A DNA stretch of 61,821 bases, counting the filler, from a bacterium (GTDB lineage Bacteria > JBBIVP01): assembly GCA_037439705.1 (NCBI GenBank). It is 7 parts of 7 records of this genome, joined end to end, with 100 filler letters (N's around TTAATTAATTAA, not from the genome) between each part and the next. Parts side by side here need not be neighbours in the genome. Positions count along the whole stretch, not along the records: positions 27,168 to 35,898 come from JBBIVP010000086.1; positions 35,999 to 44,614 come from JBBIVP010000087.1; 5 more parts are not named here. One strand, written 5' to 3'. Under the pieces are notes generated by a model that was not told where the DNA came from, searched no databases, and saw nothing but the letters and a program-made list of their open reading frames with translations. Shown one piece after another: positions 32,590-42,368 of this stretch; positions within the stretch are counted from its first letter, which is position 1, and each line of letters opens with the position of its first letter. The translations under genes were made by a program, and so were the position numbers.

Positions 32590-34431
32590 CTATTCAAGAA
32601 CAGCGTCAAGAACCGCTCTGCAGTTTGATTTAATTGCCGAGATTGTTGAAAAAGCTCTCTGCATGAGGTCCTTTATGAAGAACTCAGCAGTTTTTATTTT
32701 GTTGTAATAGAACTTTATGTTTGAATCTTCTTTTGCTTTTTCTATCAGTTTCTCTCCCTCATCAGGGGTCAGCTTCCTTAAAGCCGCTTCTGCCACATAC
32801 GCCTGATCAAGGAGGAGCCATCCCAGAATTACATCTCCAAAGCACTGAAGGTAAGGGGTAGCATTGAGAACGGGATAAAAAACATCTCCACTCATCCCAG
32901 CGCTTCCGAGGAACATAGTTACATCAGCAAGCGCATCTTTTGCTTTTTCCACTTCTTTAACGAGTTCTGAAAGAATGGGATAATTGACCTCTCTCTTTCT
33001 TTCAAGGTCCGAATTAACCTCCTGAATGAAATTCATAAAAAGAATTCCTCCTTTCATGGCAACCTTTCTTCCAAGGAGATCAAGTGCCTGAATTCCATTC
33101 GCTCCTTCATATATGGAGTTTACCTTTACATCCCTCATGTATTGCTCAACGATGTAATCCTTTGTGTATCCGTATCCTCCGTAGACCTGAATAGCAAGCC
33201 TCGTTACTTCAAAAGCAGTATCAGAGCAGTAAGCCTTGCATATAGGAGTCAGAAGGTCCACAATCCCCTTTGATTTTTCTGCTAATTCACTATCGGGGGA
33301 ATAAAGCGCAATATTGGCATGAAGTCCTGTATAGTACAAAAGTGCCCTCATCCCTTCCACATAGGATTTCATTATCATGAGCATTCTTTTAACATCCGGG
33401 TGCCTTATTATTGGAACCCTCGGAGCATCTACATTCTTCATCTGTGTGATTTCTACGCCCTGTATCCTTTCTTTTGCATAGTTCAGTGCTTCAAGATAGG
33501 CAGCTGCCGCTTCAGCAAGCGATTGGATTCCAACTCCTAATCTTGCCTCGTTCATAAGGTGAAACATGATTTGAATGCCATCTCCTTCCTTTCCTATTAT
33601 GTATCCTATACATTTTCCATTGTCCCCAAAGCTCATCTGACAGGTTGAAGAGCCGTGAAGTCCCATTTTTTCCTCAATTCTCGTGCAGTGGACATCGTTT
33701 CTTTCCTTTATATTTCCATTTTCGTCAACAAGAAACTTGGGAACAAGAAACAGGCTCAAACCTTTTATTCCCTTCGGTGCTCCCTCTGTTCTTGCGAGGA
33801 CCAGATGAATGATGTTTTCTGTGAGGTCCTGTTCTCCGCCTGTTATAAATATCTTTGTTCCTTCAATAAGATAATGGTCTCCTGCCTTTTTTGCAATTGT
33901 TCTTATGTCTCCGACCGCTGAACCTGCCTGCGGTTCTGTGAGAACCATGGTTCCCGCCCATATTCCCTCGTATATTTTCTTAAGATAAATTTTTTTCATT
34001 TCTTCGGTTCCAAACCGTTCAATGAGCCTTGCAGCACCACCCGTGAGTCCCGGATAGGTTGATAGAGAACAGCAGGCTCCTATAAAGATTTCTCCCACAG
34101 CGGGAGCAAGAATTGGTGGAAGTCCCTGCCCTCCAAATTCAGGACTCGCAAATGCTCCTACCCATCCGCTTTCCCTGTATAGTCTGTACGCCTCATGAAA
34201 TTCCTCCGGAACCTTAACAATCCCATTTTCAAATCTGCATCCCTTTGTGTCTCCTATTTTGTTTACAGGAGCAATTTTTTCAACTGCTAGTTTCCTCGTT
34301 TCCTCAAGAACCATTTTCAGGTCTTCCTCCGAAAATCCTGAATGGGCTGGAAGTGAAAGGATTCTTTCCTTAACCTTTAACTCTTCAAAAAGAACGAAGT
34401 GAATGTCTCTTATGTCAACCTCATAAGCCAT
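32590..34431 (-). CDS. Acyl-CoA dehydrogenase
   Basis: GTMVLTEPQAGSAVG, GTKIFITGG, EKMGLHGSSTC, QVYGGYGY, IYEGANGIQALDL. Confidence 0.95.
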   Translation of the reverse strand: MAYEVDIRDIHFVLFEELKVKERILSLPAHSGFSEEDLKMVLEETRKLAVEKIAPVNKIGDTKGCRFENGIVKVPEEFHEAYRLYRESGWVGAFASPEFGGQGLPPILAPAVGEIFIGACCSLSTYPGLTGGAARLIERFGTEEMKKIYLKKIYEGIWAGTMVLTEPQAGSAVGDIRTIAKKAGDHYLIEGTKIFITGGEQDLTENIIHLVLARTEGAPKGIKGLSLFLVPKFLVDENGNIKERNDVHCTRIEEKMGLHGSSTCQMSFGDNGKCIGYIIGKEGDGIQIMFHLMNEARLGVGIQSLAEAAAAYLEALNYAKERIQGVEITQMKNVDAPRVPIIRHPDVKRMLMIMKSYVEGMRALLYYTGLHANIALYSPDSELAEKSKGIVDLLTPICKAYCSDTAFEVTRLAIQVYGGYGYTKDYIVEQYMRDVKVNSIYEGANGIQALDLLGRKVAMKGGILFMNFIQEVNSDLERKREVNYPILSELVKEVEKAKDALADVTMFLGSAGMSGDVFYPVLNATPYLQCFGDVILGWLLLDQAYVAEAALRKLTPDEGEKLIEKAKEDSNIKFYYNKIKTAEFFIKDLMQRAFSTISAIKSNCRAVLDAVLE

Positions 34432-34468
34432 CTTTCCACCTCCTAAATTTTTTTATATAATATAAAAA

Positions 34469-35644
34469 ATGAATGACGATTCAATTAAATTTGAAAACTC
34501 AGGGGTCATTGCCTTATATGTCCACATTCCGTTTTGCAGGAAGAAGTGTTCCTACTGTGATTTTTGTTCCTTTGTGCCATCCTCTGAAGAAGAGATGGAT
34601 GATTATGTGGAGATTCTTTTGAGAGAGTTTCTCCTGTGGAAGGAAAGGATAGAAAAGGAGGATATCAAAACGATATACATAGGTGGGGGCACCCCTTCCG
34701 TTTTAAAACCCTATCAACTTGAAAAAATTTTGAAGGAATGGATATCTACTGATACGAAGGAAATAAGCGTTGAAGCAAATCCAGAATCACTGAACGAAGA
34801 TTTTTTGAAATGTCTTCACGATTCAGGGGTAAGAAGAATAAGCATAGGAGTTCAGACATTTAAAGATGAACTTCTTGGGCTTCTCGGGAGGGTTCATTCA
34901 TCAAAAGATGCCAGAAGGGCTATTGAAATGGCAAGAAAATACAGTTTTTCTCTGTCCGTTGACCTGATTTTTGGAATCCCCGGCCAGAGCTTTCAAGATT
35001 TCGTTTATGATGTGGAATCAGTAATGAATTTTTCACCGGAACACATTTCCTGTTACATACTTCAACCCTTTGAAAAAACAGAAATGAGCAAATTGATGAA
35101 AAAGGTTGATGAGGAAATTGTAAGAGAAATGTTTCTTTTTCTGTGTAATTTCGCGAAGGAAAACGGGTACTATCATTACGAGATATCAAATTTTGCAAAG
35201 CCAGGTTATGAGTGCCTTCACAACCTCAATTACTGGAGAATGGGATTTTATGCGGGATGCGGATTATCTTCCTCTTCACATCTTCCTTCAGGATTTTTGA
35301 GTAAACATCCTGTCAGGACAAGCAATTTCTCCAGTATGGAAGCCTACATAAATTCCATCAAAAAGGGGCTTTTTCCATTTGAAGAAATTGAGGAAATTAC
35401 CCCTGACAAATGGATAAAGGAAACAATAATGCTTGGTTTAAGAACCTTTCAAGGGGTCAGTATTTCTTTTATTGAAAAGTTTCTGGGAAAAGAAAAAGCC
35501 TCTGGATTTCTCAACGAAGCGCTTTCTCTTGGTCTTAAAATAGATGGCTCGTTCTTGAAGTTTGAAGAAAAAGACTGGCTTCTTTTCAATTACATAGTTT
35601 CCCGTCTCTTTTACCTAATTGACATTTTAAAAGGGCAAACTTGA
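34469..35644 (+). CDS. hemW: Radical SAM heme chaperone HemW
   Basis: YVHIPFCRKKCSYCDF, GGGTPS, YEISNFA, HNLNYW. Confidence 0.88.
   Translation: MNDDSIKFENSGVIALYVHIPFCRKKCSYCDFCSFVPSSEEEMDDYVEILLREFLLWKERIEKEDIKTIYIGGGTPSVLKPYQLEKILKEWISTDTKEISVEANPESLNEDFLKCLHDSGVRRISIGVQTFKDELLGLLGRVHSSKDARRAIEMARKYSFSLSVDLIFGIPGQSFQDFVYDVESVMNFSPEHISCYILQPFEKTEMSKLMKKVDEEIVREMFLFLCNFAKENGYYHYEISNFAKPGYECLHNLNYWRMGFYAGCGLSSSSHLPSGFLSKHPVRTSNFSSMEAYINSIKKGLFPFEEIEEITPDKWIKETIMLGLRTFQGVSISFIEKFLGKEKASGFLNEALSLGLKIDGSFLKFEEKDWLLFNYIVSRLFYLIDILKGQT
34470..34487. promoter_or_regulatory. Putative TetR/FadR-like operator upstream of the acyl-CoA dehydrogenase
   Basis: TGAATGACGATTCAATTA; near-identical to the site at 54640. 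Confidence 0.55.
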
Positions 35645-35693
35645 GTTTTTGAAAATCCTTGAAAAATTAAAAATCCTGTTAGACAGTTAATAT

Positions 35694-35898
35694 ATGAGCA
35701 GTTTGAGGGTTTTTACCATCAAGGAGGCAGAGCTCATAAACGCAATAGGAAATGCTATAATTCCGGAAGGCGGAAATCCTCTTTACAGATTTGAAGACCT
35801 GGTTCTTGACTTTGAGGTTGACAGGTTTTTCAGTCATGCACACAGGGACATAAGAAGGGCTATAAAACTATTTCTGAAATTAGTGGAGTATGGACCGA
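35694..35898 (+). CDS. 5' half of a gluconate-2-dehydrogenase subunit-3-like protein (continues at 18377)
   Basis: EAELINAIGNAIIP pattern; the last 55 bp equal 18322-18376. Confidence 0.75.
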
Positions 35899-35998
35899 NN
35901 NNNNNNNNNNNNNNNNNNNNNNNNNNNNNNNNNNNNNNNNNNTTAATTAATTAANNNNNNNNNNNNNNNNNNNNNNNNNNNNNNNNNNNNNNNNNNNN
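35899..35998. other. Artificial contig linker
   Basis: N44-TTAATTAATTAA-N44. Confidence 0.98.
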
Positions 35999-35999
35999 G

Positions 36000-36389
36000 G
36001 TGATAGGATCCCTTCCAATACTTATGATTTCCCATCGCCTCAACATCCTTTCGGTTGGAGAAGAGGAAGCCTCAGCGCTCGGCATAAATCCAAAGTCAAC
36101 TCTAACCCTCTTTTTTCTCATCTCATCCTTCCTTACAGCATCCATAGTTTCACATTGTGGAACCATCGGATTTGTTGGACTCATTGTCCCGCACTTTGTA
36201 AGAATCATTTTTGGACCTGATGCAAGACTCCTTCTTCCTGCATCAGGAATAGCAGGAGCATCCTTTCTGGTTCTATCTGACATAATAGCAAGAAGTGTGC
36301 TTTCTCCGTCAGAAATTCCCATAGGAGTGGTAACTGCATTCTTCGGAGCTCCTTTTTTTCTCTACCTTCTCAAGTGGAGAAGAAGATAA
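36000..36389 (+). CDS. FecCD/BtuC family ABC permease (5' truncated)
   Basis: GEEEASALGI, GTIGFVGLIVPH, EIPIGVVTAFFGAPFF. Confidence 0.9.
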   Translation: MIGSLPILMISHRLNILSVGEEEASALGINPKSTLTLFFLISSFLTASIVSHCGTIGFVGLIVPHFVRIIFGPDARLLLPASGIAGASFLVLSDIIARSVLSPSEIPIGVVTAFFGAPFFLYLLKWRRR

Positions 36390-36390
36390 G

Positions 36391-37191
36391 ATGGAAGAAA
36401 AAATCCTTAAAGTTGATAGAATCTCTTTTTCCTACCGGGACATTCCCGTGCTCAAAGATATCTCTTTTGAGATAGAAAAGGGAGAATTCTTTGGAATTGT
36501 GGGTCCAAATGGTTCAGGAAAAACCACCCTTCTCAAAATAATAGACGGAATTCTTAAACCATCAAGTGGAGAAGTATATCACAGAAATCATAAAGTTCAT
36601 AAACTCCCGCGGAAAGAGATTGCAAAAAAGATATCCTATGTTCCTCAGGAGCACGAACTTCCCTTTTCTTTTACCGTAGAAGAAACCGCGCTTATGGGAA
36701 GGTATCCCCATCTCGGAATCCTTGGAATAGAGGGAAAAAAAGACATAGAAATTGCGAAAAAAGCAATGGAAAGGTGTAAAGTTTTTCACCTCAGGGGAAG
36801 AATTGTGAATGAGGTAAGCGGGGGAGAGAAACAGAGAGTGGTGATAGCAAGGGCTCTCGCTCAGGAAGCGGAAGTTATGCTTCTTGATGAACCGACCGCT
36901 CACCTTGACCTTTCATCTGCAATTGAAATTATGGAACTTCTTAAAAGCCTCCAGGAAAAAGAAAAAAAGACAATCCTTCTCGCATCCCACGACTTAAACC
37001 TCATCTCAAATTTTGCAGACAGAATAATGCTTATTGCAGAAGGAAAATGCGTCTGTATTGATATTCCCTCAAAAGTCTTTACAGAAGAAATTCTGAAACC
37101 CGTTTACGGAGAGAAATTAAGCGTAATAAAACTTGGAAAAGGACATTTTGTAGTTCCTACCAATTTTTATAAAAACAATAAGACAGACTAA
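36391..37191 (+). CDS. Iron/cobalamin ABC transporter ATPase (FecE/BtuD-like)
   Basis: GPNGSGKTT, SGGEKQRV, LLDEPTAHLD, SHDLN. Confidence 0.9.
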   Translation: MEEKILKVDRISFSYRDIPVLKDISFEIEKGEFFGIVGPNGSGKTTLLKIIDGILKPSSGEVYHRNHKVHKLPRKEIAKKISYVPQEHELPFSFTVEETALMGRYPHLGILGIEGKKDIEIAKKAMERCKVFHLRGRIVNEVSGGEKQRVVIARALAQEAEVMLLDEPTAHLDLSSAIEIMELLKSLQEKEKKTILLASHDLNLISNFADRIMLIAEGKCVCIDIPSKVFTEEILKPVYGEKLSVIKLGKGHFVVPTNFYKNNKTD

Positions 37192-38954
37192 AGAACAGGA
37201 CAGCAACAATCTACTTCACATTTGAAGAGGTGAGAGGAATCAAACTCCTCCCCGATTTCCAACCTCAGAACCTGAGACTGCCTGCTACCATAACGGTAAA
37301 TCGTTATTCCTTTACATCCAAGAGAATGTGCCAGAAGATAAACTTTTCTAACATCCTCTTTTGTGGCGGATGACTTCATATTCACTGTTTTTGAAACCGC
37401 ATTGTCCGTATGCTTCTGAAAAACTGCCTGCATTCTAACATGAAACTCTGAAGGAATTTCAAGGGCTGTTATGAAAAGCTTTTTTACATCCTCTGGAAGA
37501 TTCGTCTCTCCTAAAAATCCTTTTTCTCTTATCTCATTTATAGCAGAACGGGAATTGATACTCCGCTCTCTGAGATATTCCAGAAAAAGGCTATTTACCT
37601 CTTCAAACTTTTCTCCTTCAAGGACTTCCCCTCTCTTCATCAAAACAGAAAATATGGGTTCTATTCCGCTTGTCGTCCCTGCTATTATGCTTATTGAACC
37701 CGTTGGAGCAATGCTTGTTCTTGTTGCATTTCTGAGAGGTGGTTTGTAAATACTTTTTTCTACATTTGGAAAGCTTCCCCTTTCTTTTGCAAGAAGAAGG
37801 GAGTCCCTGAATGCCTCTTTCTTTATAAATCTCATCACCTTATCTGCAGTTTTCAAGGCTGAATGAGAATAATAGGGAATTCCCATTTTCACCAGCATCT
37901 CAGCAAATCCCATAATTCCAAGCCCTATCTTTCTGTTCCCTTTTGTTATGATTTCACTTTCAGGAATAGGATATCTGTTTACATCAATAACATTGTCAAG
38001 GAATCTAACCGCTGTATGAACTGCGGTTCCAAGTTTTTCAAAATCTATTTTTCCATTAAACCTCTTTCCAACCACAAATCTTGAAAGGTTTATGGAACCA
38101 AGATTGCAGGACTCGTATGGAAGCAGTGGAACCTCTCCACAGGGATTTGTTGCGGTTATCTCACCTAAATGAGGAGTTGGATTTGCTCTGTTTATGGCAT
38201 CAAGAAAAATCAGTCCAGGATCCCCGCATTTCCACGCAGACTCTATAATTTCATCAAAGAGAACCCTTGCCTTTATTTTTCCTGTGATTTTACCCGTTCT
38301 CGGATTTTTTAAAAACACCCACTCATCCTTCTTTACTTTTTCCATGAACTCATCTGTAACTCCAACAGAGATGTTAAAGTTTGTGAGTTCACCCTCTTTC
38401 AATTTTGCTCTTATGAATTCCATAATATCCGGATGGTCATACCTCATAATACCCATATTTGCTCCCCTTCTCTTCCCTCCCTGCTTTATTTCGTTTGTTG
38501 CAGAATTGAAAATTTTCATAAAAGATACCGGTCCCGATGCTATTCCCCTTGTGCTTTTCACAATATCCCCTGATGGACGAAGTTTTGAAAAATCAAACCC
38601 CGTTCCACCACCTGATTGTTGAATTTTAGCCATATCAGAAAGAGCTTTAAATATGCTATCAAGTGAATCCTCAACGGGAAGGACAAAACATGCTGATAAC
38701 TGTCCGAGCGATGTTCCGGCGTTCATGAGGGTAGGAGAATTTGGAAGGAAAAGAAAATTTGAAAGAAGAAAAAAGAATTCATCCTCCATCCTTTCAGCCC
38801 ATTTATATCCTCCATATTGAATCTCTGCATCTGCTATTGATTTTGCCACCCTTCTGAACATCTCCTCTGGAGATTCTATTATCCTTCCATCCTCGGACCT
38901 TAAAAGGTATCTCGCCTCAAGAACTCTTTTTGCAGTTTCTGATAACCCCTTCAC
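37188..38954 (-). CDS. nrdJ: Adenosylcobalamin-dependent (class II) ribonucleotide reductase
   Basis: PNSPTLMNAG, QLSACFVL, QGGKRRGANMG, TNPCGEVPL, SCNLGSINL, APTGSIS, AVSKTVN. Confidence 0.9.
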   Translation of the reverse strand: MKGLSETAKRVLEARYLLRSEDGRIIESPEEMFRRVAKSIADAEIQYGGYKWAERMEDEFFFLLSNFLFLPNSPTLMNAGTSLGQLSACFVLPVEDSLDSIFKALSDMAKIQQSGGGTGFDFSKLRPSGDIVKSTRGIASGPVSFMKIFNSATNEIKQGGKRRGANMGIMRYDHPDIMEFIRAKLKEGELTNFNISVGVTDEFMEKVKKDEWVFLKNPRTGKITGKIKARVLFDEIIESAWKCGDPGLIFLDAINRANPTPHLGEITATNPCGEVPLLPYESCNLGSINLSRFVVGKRFNGKIDFEKLGTAVHTAVRFLDNVIDVNRYPIPESEIITKGNRKIGLGIMGFAEMLVKMGIPYYSHSALKTADKVMRFIKKEAFRDSLLLAKERGSFPNVEKSIYKPPLRNATRTSIAPTGSISIIAGTTSGIEPIFSVLMKRGEVLEGEKFEEVNSLFLEYLRERSINSRSAINEIREKGFLGETNLPEDVKKLFITALEIPSEFHVRMQAVFQKHTDNAVSKTVNMKSSATKEDVRKVYLLAHSLGCKGITIYRYGSRQSQVLRLEIGEEFDSSHLFKCEVDCCCPVL

Positions 38955-38960
38955 TTCACC

Positions 38961-39530
38961 TCACTCGCTTCCGAGAATCCCCAGAACCATACACGCCCTT
39001 GCCCTTATCATGGGATGGGGATGGGAAAGAAGTCTTCCCACGTATTCAATAATCCTTTTGTCTTTAAGCTCTGCTACAGCTTTTAAAGCGGTATCCACAA
39101 CCTCTATATCCTGAACCATAAGAAGTGGTATTAGAAATTCAGTAGCCCTTTTATCACCCGATAAACCAAGTCCCATAATTGCATGAAGTCTCACAGCCTT
39201 TACAGGATCTTTCAACTTCTCCACAAAAATATCAATGTTTGCTCCATCCTTCATCATTGCCAGTCCCTTAACTGCAGAAGCCCTTATCTCTGGTTCCTCA
39301 TCGTTTACTGCTTCCTTCAACGCTTCCTTCACGGTTTCATCCTTAATTCCTGCCATAGCATTCACAATCCTCAATCTTGTTACCTTATCCTGTCCCTTTA
39401 TTGAACCTGCTAACTGGAGTATCTTTGCTTTTCTCTCAATCTGTTCAATCGCATAAGCAGCAGATTTTCTCACATTTTCATCAGGGTCTTTAAGGAGAGG
39501 AATAAGAATTTTTAAAAGGCTCTCATTCAT
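38961..39530 (-). CDS. HEAT/PBS-lyase repeat protein
   Basis: Repeats of the type LLKDPDENVRKSAAYAI, DEEPEIRASAVKGL, KDPVKAVRLHAIMGL. Confidence 0.85.
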   Translation of the reverse strand: MNESLLKILIPLLKDPDENVRKSAAYAIEQIERKAKILQLAGSIKGQDKVTRLRIVNAMAGIKDETVKEALKEAVNDEEPEIRASAVKGLAMMKDGANIDIFVEKLKDPVKAVRLHAIMGLGLSGDKRATEFLIPLLMVQDIEVVDTALKAVAELKDKRIIEYVGRLLSHPHPMIRARACMVLGILGSE

Positions 39531-40473
39531 TTTTAAATATATCCCGAAATGCTGGAAGAATTCCAAAGCCATCTGCATTTTTGACGGCATTCCAAACAGC
39601 CCTTCTTATAAGCCTTCTTCCTTTCATAGCGACGGAAAAAACATCATATTTCTCATTTCCACAGGCCACACAGATGGTTACATCTCCATAAACGGGTGTA
39701 TTGAACGGAAAAATGCAGGTGGAAAGAGCGGAAGAAATCATCTGGGCGACAAAAAAACATTCTTTTTTTGTAAGTTTCCCATCAGTAATCAAAATGGACA
39801 GAGTTGAGTTTTCCTCAGAATTCTGAGCAAATGGGAGCCCATTTTCCTCCAGATATCTTTCCGTGTTTAGAAATTCAAAACTATCAGGACCCTTCCTCGC
39901 ACCCGCTATTATCCTTCCTTTCTCATCCAGAACATCACCAAAGGCATTCAGAACAACGCAGGCAGTGATTGAAGGTTTATCAAAATCAAAGGCTATACCA
40001 AACCCCCCCTTTGTAGCATTTCTTACAGTAAGAACTTTACCTATTGTAGCACCGCATCCTGCACCAACACTTCCCTGAAGCACATCATCAACAAATTTTG
40101 CGTTCTTGCATGCAAGATATGCCATTTCCGGAGTGGAACGGGCATTATAATCTCCGAAAAAGAGATCAAATATAATTGCAGTTGGCACTACAGGAATTAA
40201 TGCAAGAGAATACTTCGTTCCTCTCTTTTCTTCTTCAAGATACTGCATAACCCCCTGTGCAGAATTTAACCCGAATGCTGAACCACCAGCGAAAAGAATG
40301 GCGTTTATCTTTTCACCAATGTGAAACGGAGAAAGGGAATCAAACTGCCTTGTGGAGCTCGCTCCACCTCTGACATCCGCACATGCCACCGCACCCTCTT
40401 CAAATATAAAAACAGTGCATCCCGTCTTCCCCTTTAAATCCTCCCTATGCCCTATTCTGATTTTTCCTTTCAT
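39523..40473 (-). CDS. P1/S58 (DmpA-like) peptidase
   Basis: TGCTV, DVRGGA, GGSAFGL, PVVPTAIIFDL, GSVGAGCGAT. Confidence 0.88.
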   Translation of the reverse strand: MKGKIRIGHREDLKGKTGCTVFIFEEGAVACADVRGGASSTRQFDSLSPFHIGEKINAILFAGGSAFGLNSAQGVMQYLEEEKRGTKYSLALIPVVPTAIIFDLFFGDYNARSTPEMAYLACKNAKFVDDVLQGSVGAGCGATIGKVLTVRNATKGGFGIAFDFDKPSITACVVLNAFGDVLDEKGRIIAGARKGPDSFEFLNTERYLEENGLPFAQNSEENSTLSILITDGKLTKKECFFVAQMISSALSTCIFPFNTPVYGDVTICVACGNEKYDVFSVAMKGRRLIRRAVWNAVKNADGFGILPAFRDIFKNE

Positions 40474-40484
40474 CAAAAAATAAA

Positions 40485-40558
40485 TGGTCCCAAGGGGATT
40501 TGAACCCCTGCTTCAGGCTTGAGAGGCCTGTGGCCTAACCTGGCTAGCCGATGGGACC
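40485..40558 (-). tRNA. tRNA-Glu(CTC)
   Basis: Cloverleaf: acceptor GGTCCCA/TGGGACC, anticodon arm CAGGC-CTCTCAA-GCCTG, T-loop GTTCAAATC; CCA not encoded. Confidence 0.93.
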
Positions 40559-40625
40559 ATTTGATTTTTATATAACACTTAAAAAATATAAAAGCAAACA
40601 GCGTAAATATACGGTGTAATTGATT

Positions 40626-41774
40626 CTAAACCCTTACTCTATTCTTTAAAATGGAAATTATGTTGAGACACTTAATTTTTGTCTCTTCAACTTCATCAAG
40701 CGGATTGGAATCCACTGTGATGCCTGCGCCCGTATAATAAAATGCATTTTCACCTTCTACCACCATAACCCTTATAAGAACATTAGCAACAAAATTTTTA
40801 TCGGGTTTTAGAAGAAAAGCGCTTCCACAATATATTCCCCTTTTAAATGGCTCAAGAGATGAAATGTTTTTCATTACCTGAATTTTTGGAGCACCTGTTA
40901 CAGAAGCGGGAGGGAATGTGTTTTTTATTATTTTCAGAAAATCAACTCCAGGAATAAGCTCTCCCTCTATCACAGAAAACATCTGGTATATAGACGAAAG
41001 TTTTTTAACGGAAAAAAGATATGGCACATGCACAGAGCCAGGAACGCATATCCTGTTCAAATCATTTCTCATCATATCAACAATCATTATGTTCTCCGCC
41101 CTTTCCTTGGGGTTATTCCTTAACAATTCTTCTCCATTCTCTACCGATACTGAAAGCGTTCCTTTTATCGGTTCGGAAGAGATTCTATTTCCATCTTTTT
41201 TTAGAAAAAGTTCAGGAGAGTTGCATATAACAATTTTGTCTTCAAATTCCATATAAAAAGAAAATTCTGCGGGATGAATCCTTTCAAGGGCTGAATAAAA
41301 ATCAACCCACGAAGAACATTTTACAGACTTTATCATAAAAACCCTTGAAAGGTTTATTACATACATCTCTCCCTCTTTCATTTTTTCTATTGCTTTTACA
41401 ATTGATGAAGCGAATTCTTCATCTTCAGGATAAAAGGCGGTTTCTGAAAATTTTAGTAAGGGATTTTCACAAAACTCTTCTGGAATTTCAAATTCATCAA
41501 AAAAGAAAAATAAAAACAAAGGAAAGCGAACAAAAGACTTTCTGTCAATATTTATTTTTAAAAGCCATTCTCCGAAATCATAAGAAATTATTCCAAAAAC
41601 ATATCCCTCCCATTTCTGAATGAGCAAAGAAAGGGTTTCAAAATCTATTGCTTTTCTAATCCCTTCCAGTTTAATAACATTTTTTCCATCAAAAAATACA
41701 CTAATTTTTGGATTTTTTAGAATTATAGATTTTCCTGCAAATCCTGTTCCTGTGATAATTTTCACAAAAAACAA
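40626..41774 (-). CDS. pabB: Chorismate-binding enzyme, aminodeoxychorismate synthase component I-like
   Basis: NSPELFL, PIKGT, KERAENIMIVDMMRNDL, FPPASVTGAPK. Confidence 0.75.
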   Translation of the reverse strand: MFFVKIITGTGFAGKSIILKNPKISVFFDGKNVIKLEGIRKAIDFETLSLLIQKWEGYVFGIISYDFGEWLLKINIDRKSFVRFPLFLFFFFDEFEIPEEFCENPLLKFSETAFYPEDEEFASSIVKAIEKMKEGEMYVINLSRVFMIKSVKCSSWVDFYSALERIHPAEFSFYMEFEDKIVICNSPELFLKKDGNRISSEPIKGTLSVSVENGEELLRNNPKERAENIMIVDMMRNDLNRICVPGSVHVPYLFSVKKLSSIYQMFSVIEGELIPGVDFLKIIKNTFPPASVTGAPKIQVMKNISSLEPFKRGIYCGSAFLLKPDKNFVANVLIRVMVVEGENAFYYTGAGITVDSNPLDEVEETKIKCLNIISILKNRVRV

Positions 41775-41778
41775 AAAT

Positions 41779-42081
41779 TTAGAATTTTATTCCGAACTTC
41801 TTTCTTCCCTCCTCTGACATCATCTCTGGTGTCCAGGGTGGGTCCCAGACAAGTTCTACCTTAACATTTCCAATGCCTTCTATCTTCTTAAGTTTCTCTT
41901 CCGCTTCTCCTCTCAAAGGCTGAGCAAGTGGGCATCTTGGAGTTGTAAGAGTCATCTTCACATTGACATCATTCCCATTTATCTGAACATCATATATTAG
42001 TCCGAGTGTAACGATGTCCATTCCTATTTCCGGGTCATAAACCTCTCTCAAAGCGTCAAGAACCTTTTTCTCGTCCATCAT
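41779..42081 (-). CDS. Fe-S cluster assembly factor SufT/DUF59
   Basis: VYDPEIGMDIVTLGLIY, MTLTTPRCPL, VWDPPWTPEMMS. Confidence 0.92.
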   Translation of the reverse strand: MMDEKKVLDALREVYDPEIGMDIVTLGLIYDVQINGNDVNVKMTLTTPRCPLAQPLRGEAEEKLKKIEGIGNVKVELVWDPPWTPEMMSEEGRKKFGIKF

Positions 42082-42102
42082 TTTCTTCTCCTTAAAAATT
42101 TA

Positions 42103-42174
42103 TGGGCGGAAGGCGATTTGAACGCCTGACCCCCTGCGTGTAAGACAGGTGCTCTCCCGCTGAGCTATCCGCCC
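42103..42174 (-). tRNA. tRNA-Val(TAC)
   Basis: GGGCGGATAGCTCAGCGGGAGAGCA-CCTGT-CTTACAC-GCAGG-GGGTCAGGCGTTCAAATCGCCTTCCGCCCA. Confidence 0.95.
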
Positions 42175-42368
42175 TTTTTCATTTTTTATCAAAAAATCTA
42201 TCTTCTTTTCAAGAGTTTTGATACTCATACCTGTAAGCTCTTAATCAATAAGTATACCAGAATCATTACATATATAGAAATAAAACCATCAAATACAAAA
42301 CCAACAACTTTCCTTTTCCACAGAAAAGTATTCACAGCAGAACACATTTTTCATTTCGCCTTCCCTCC

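Noticed and set aside
40485-42174. tRNAs as island or prophage integration sites
   Set aside because: No integrase and no duplicated tRNA 3' end seen
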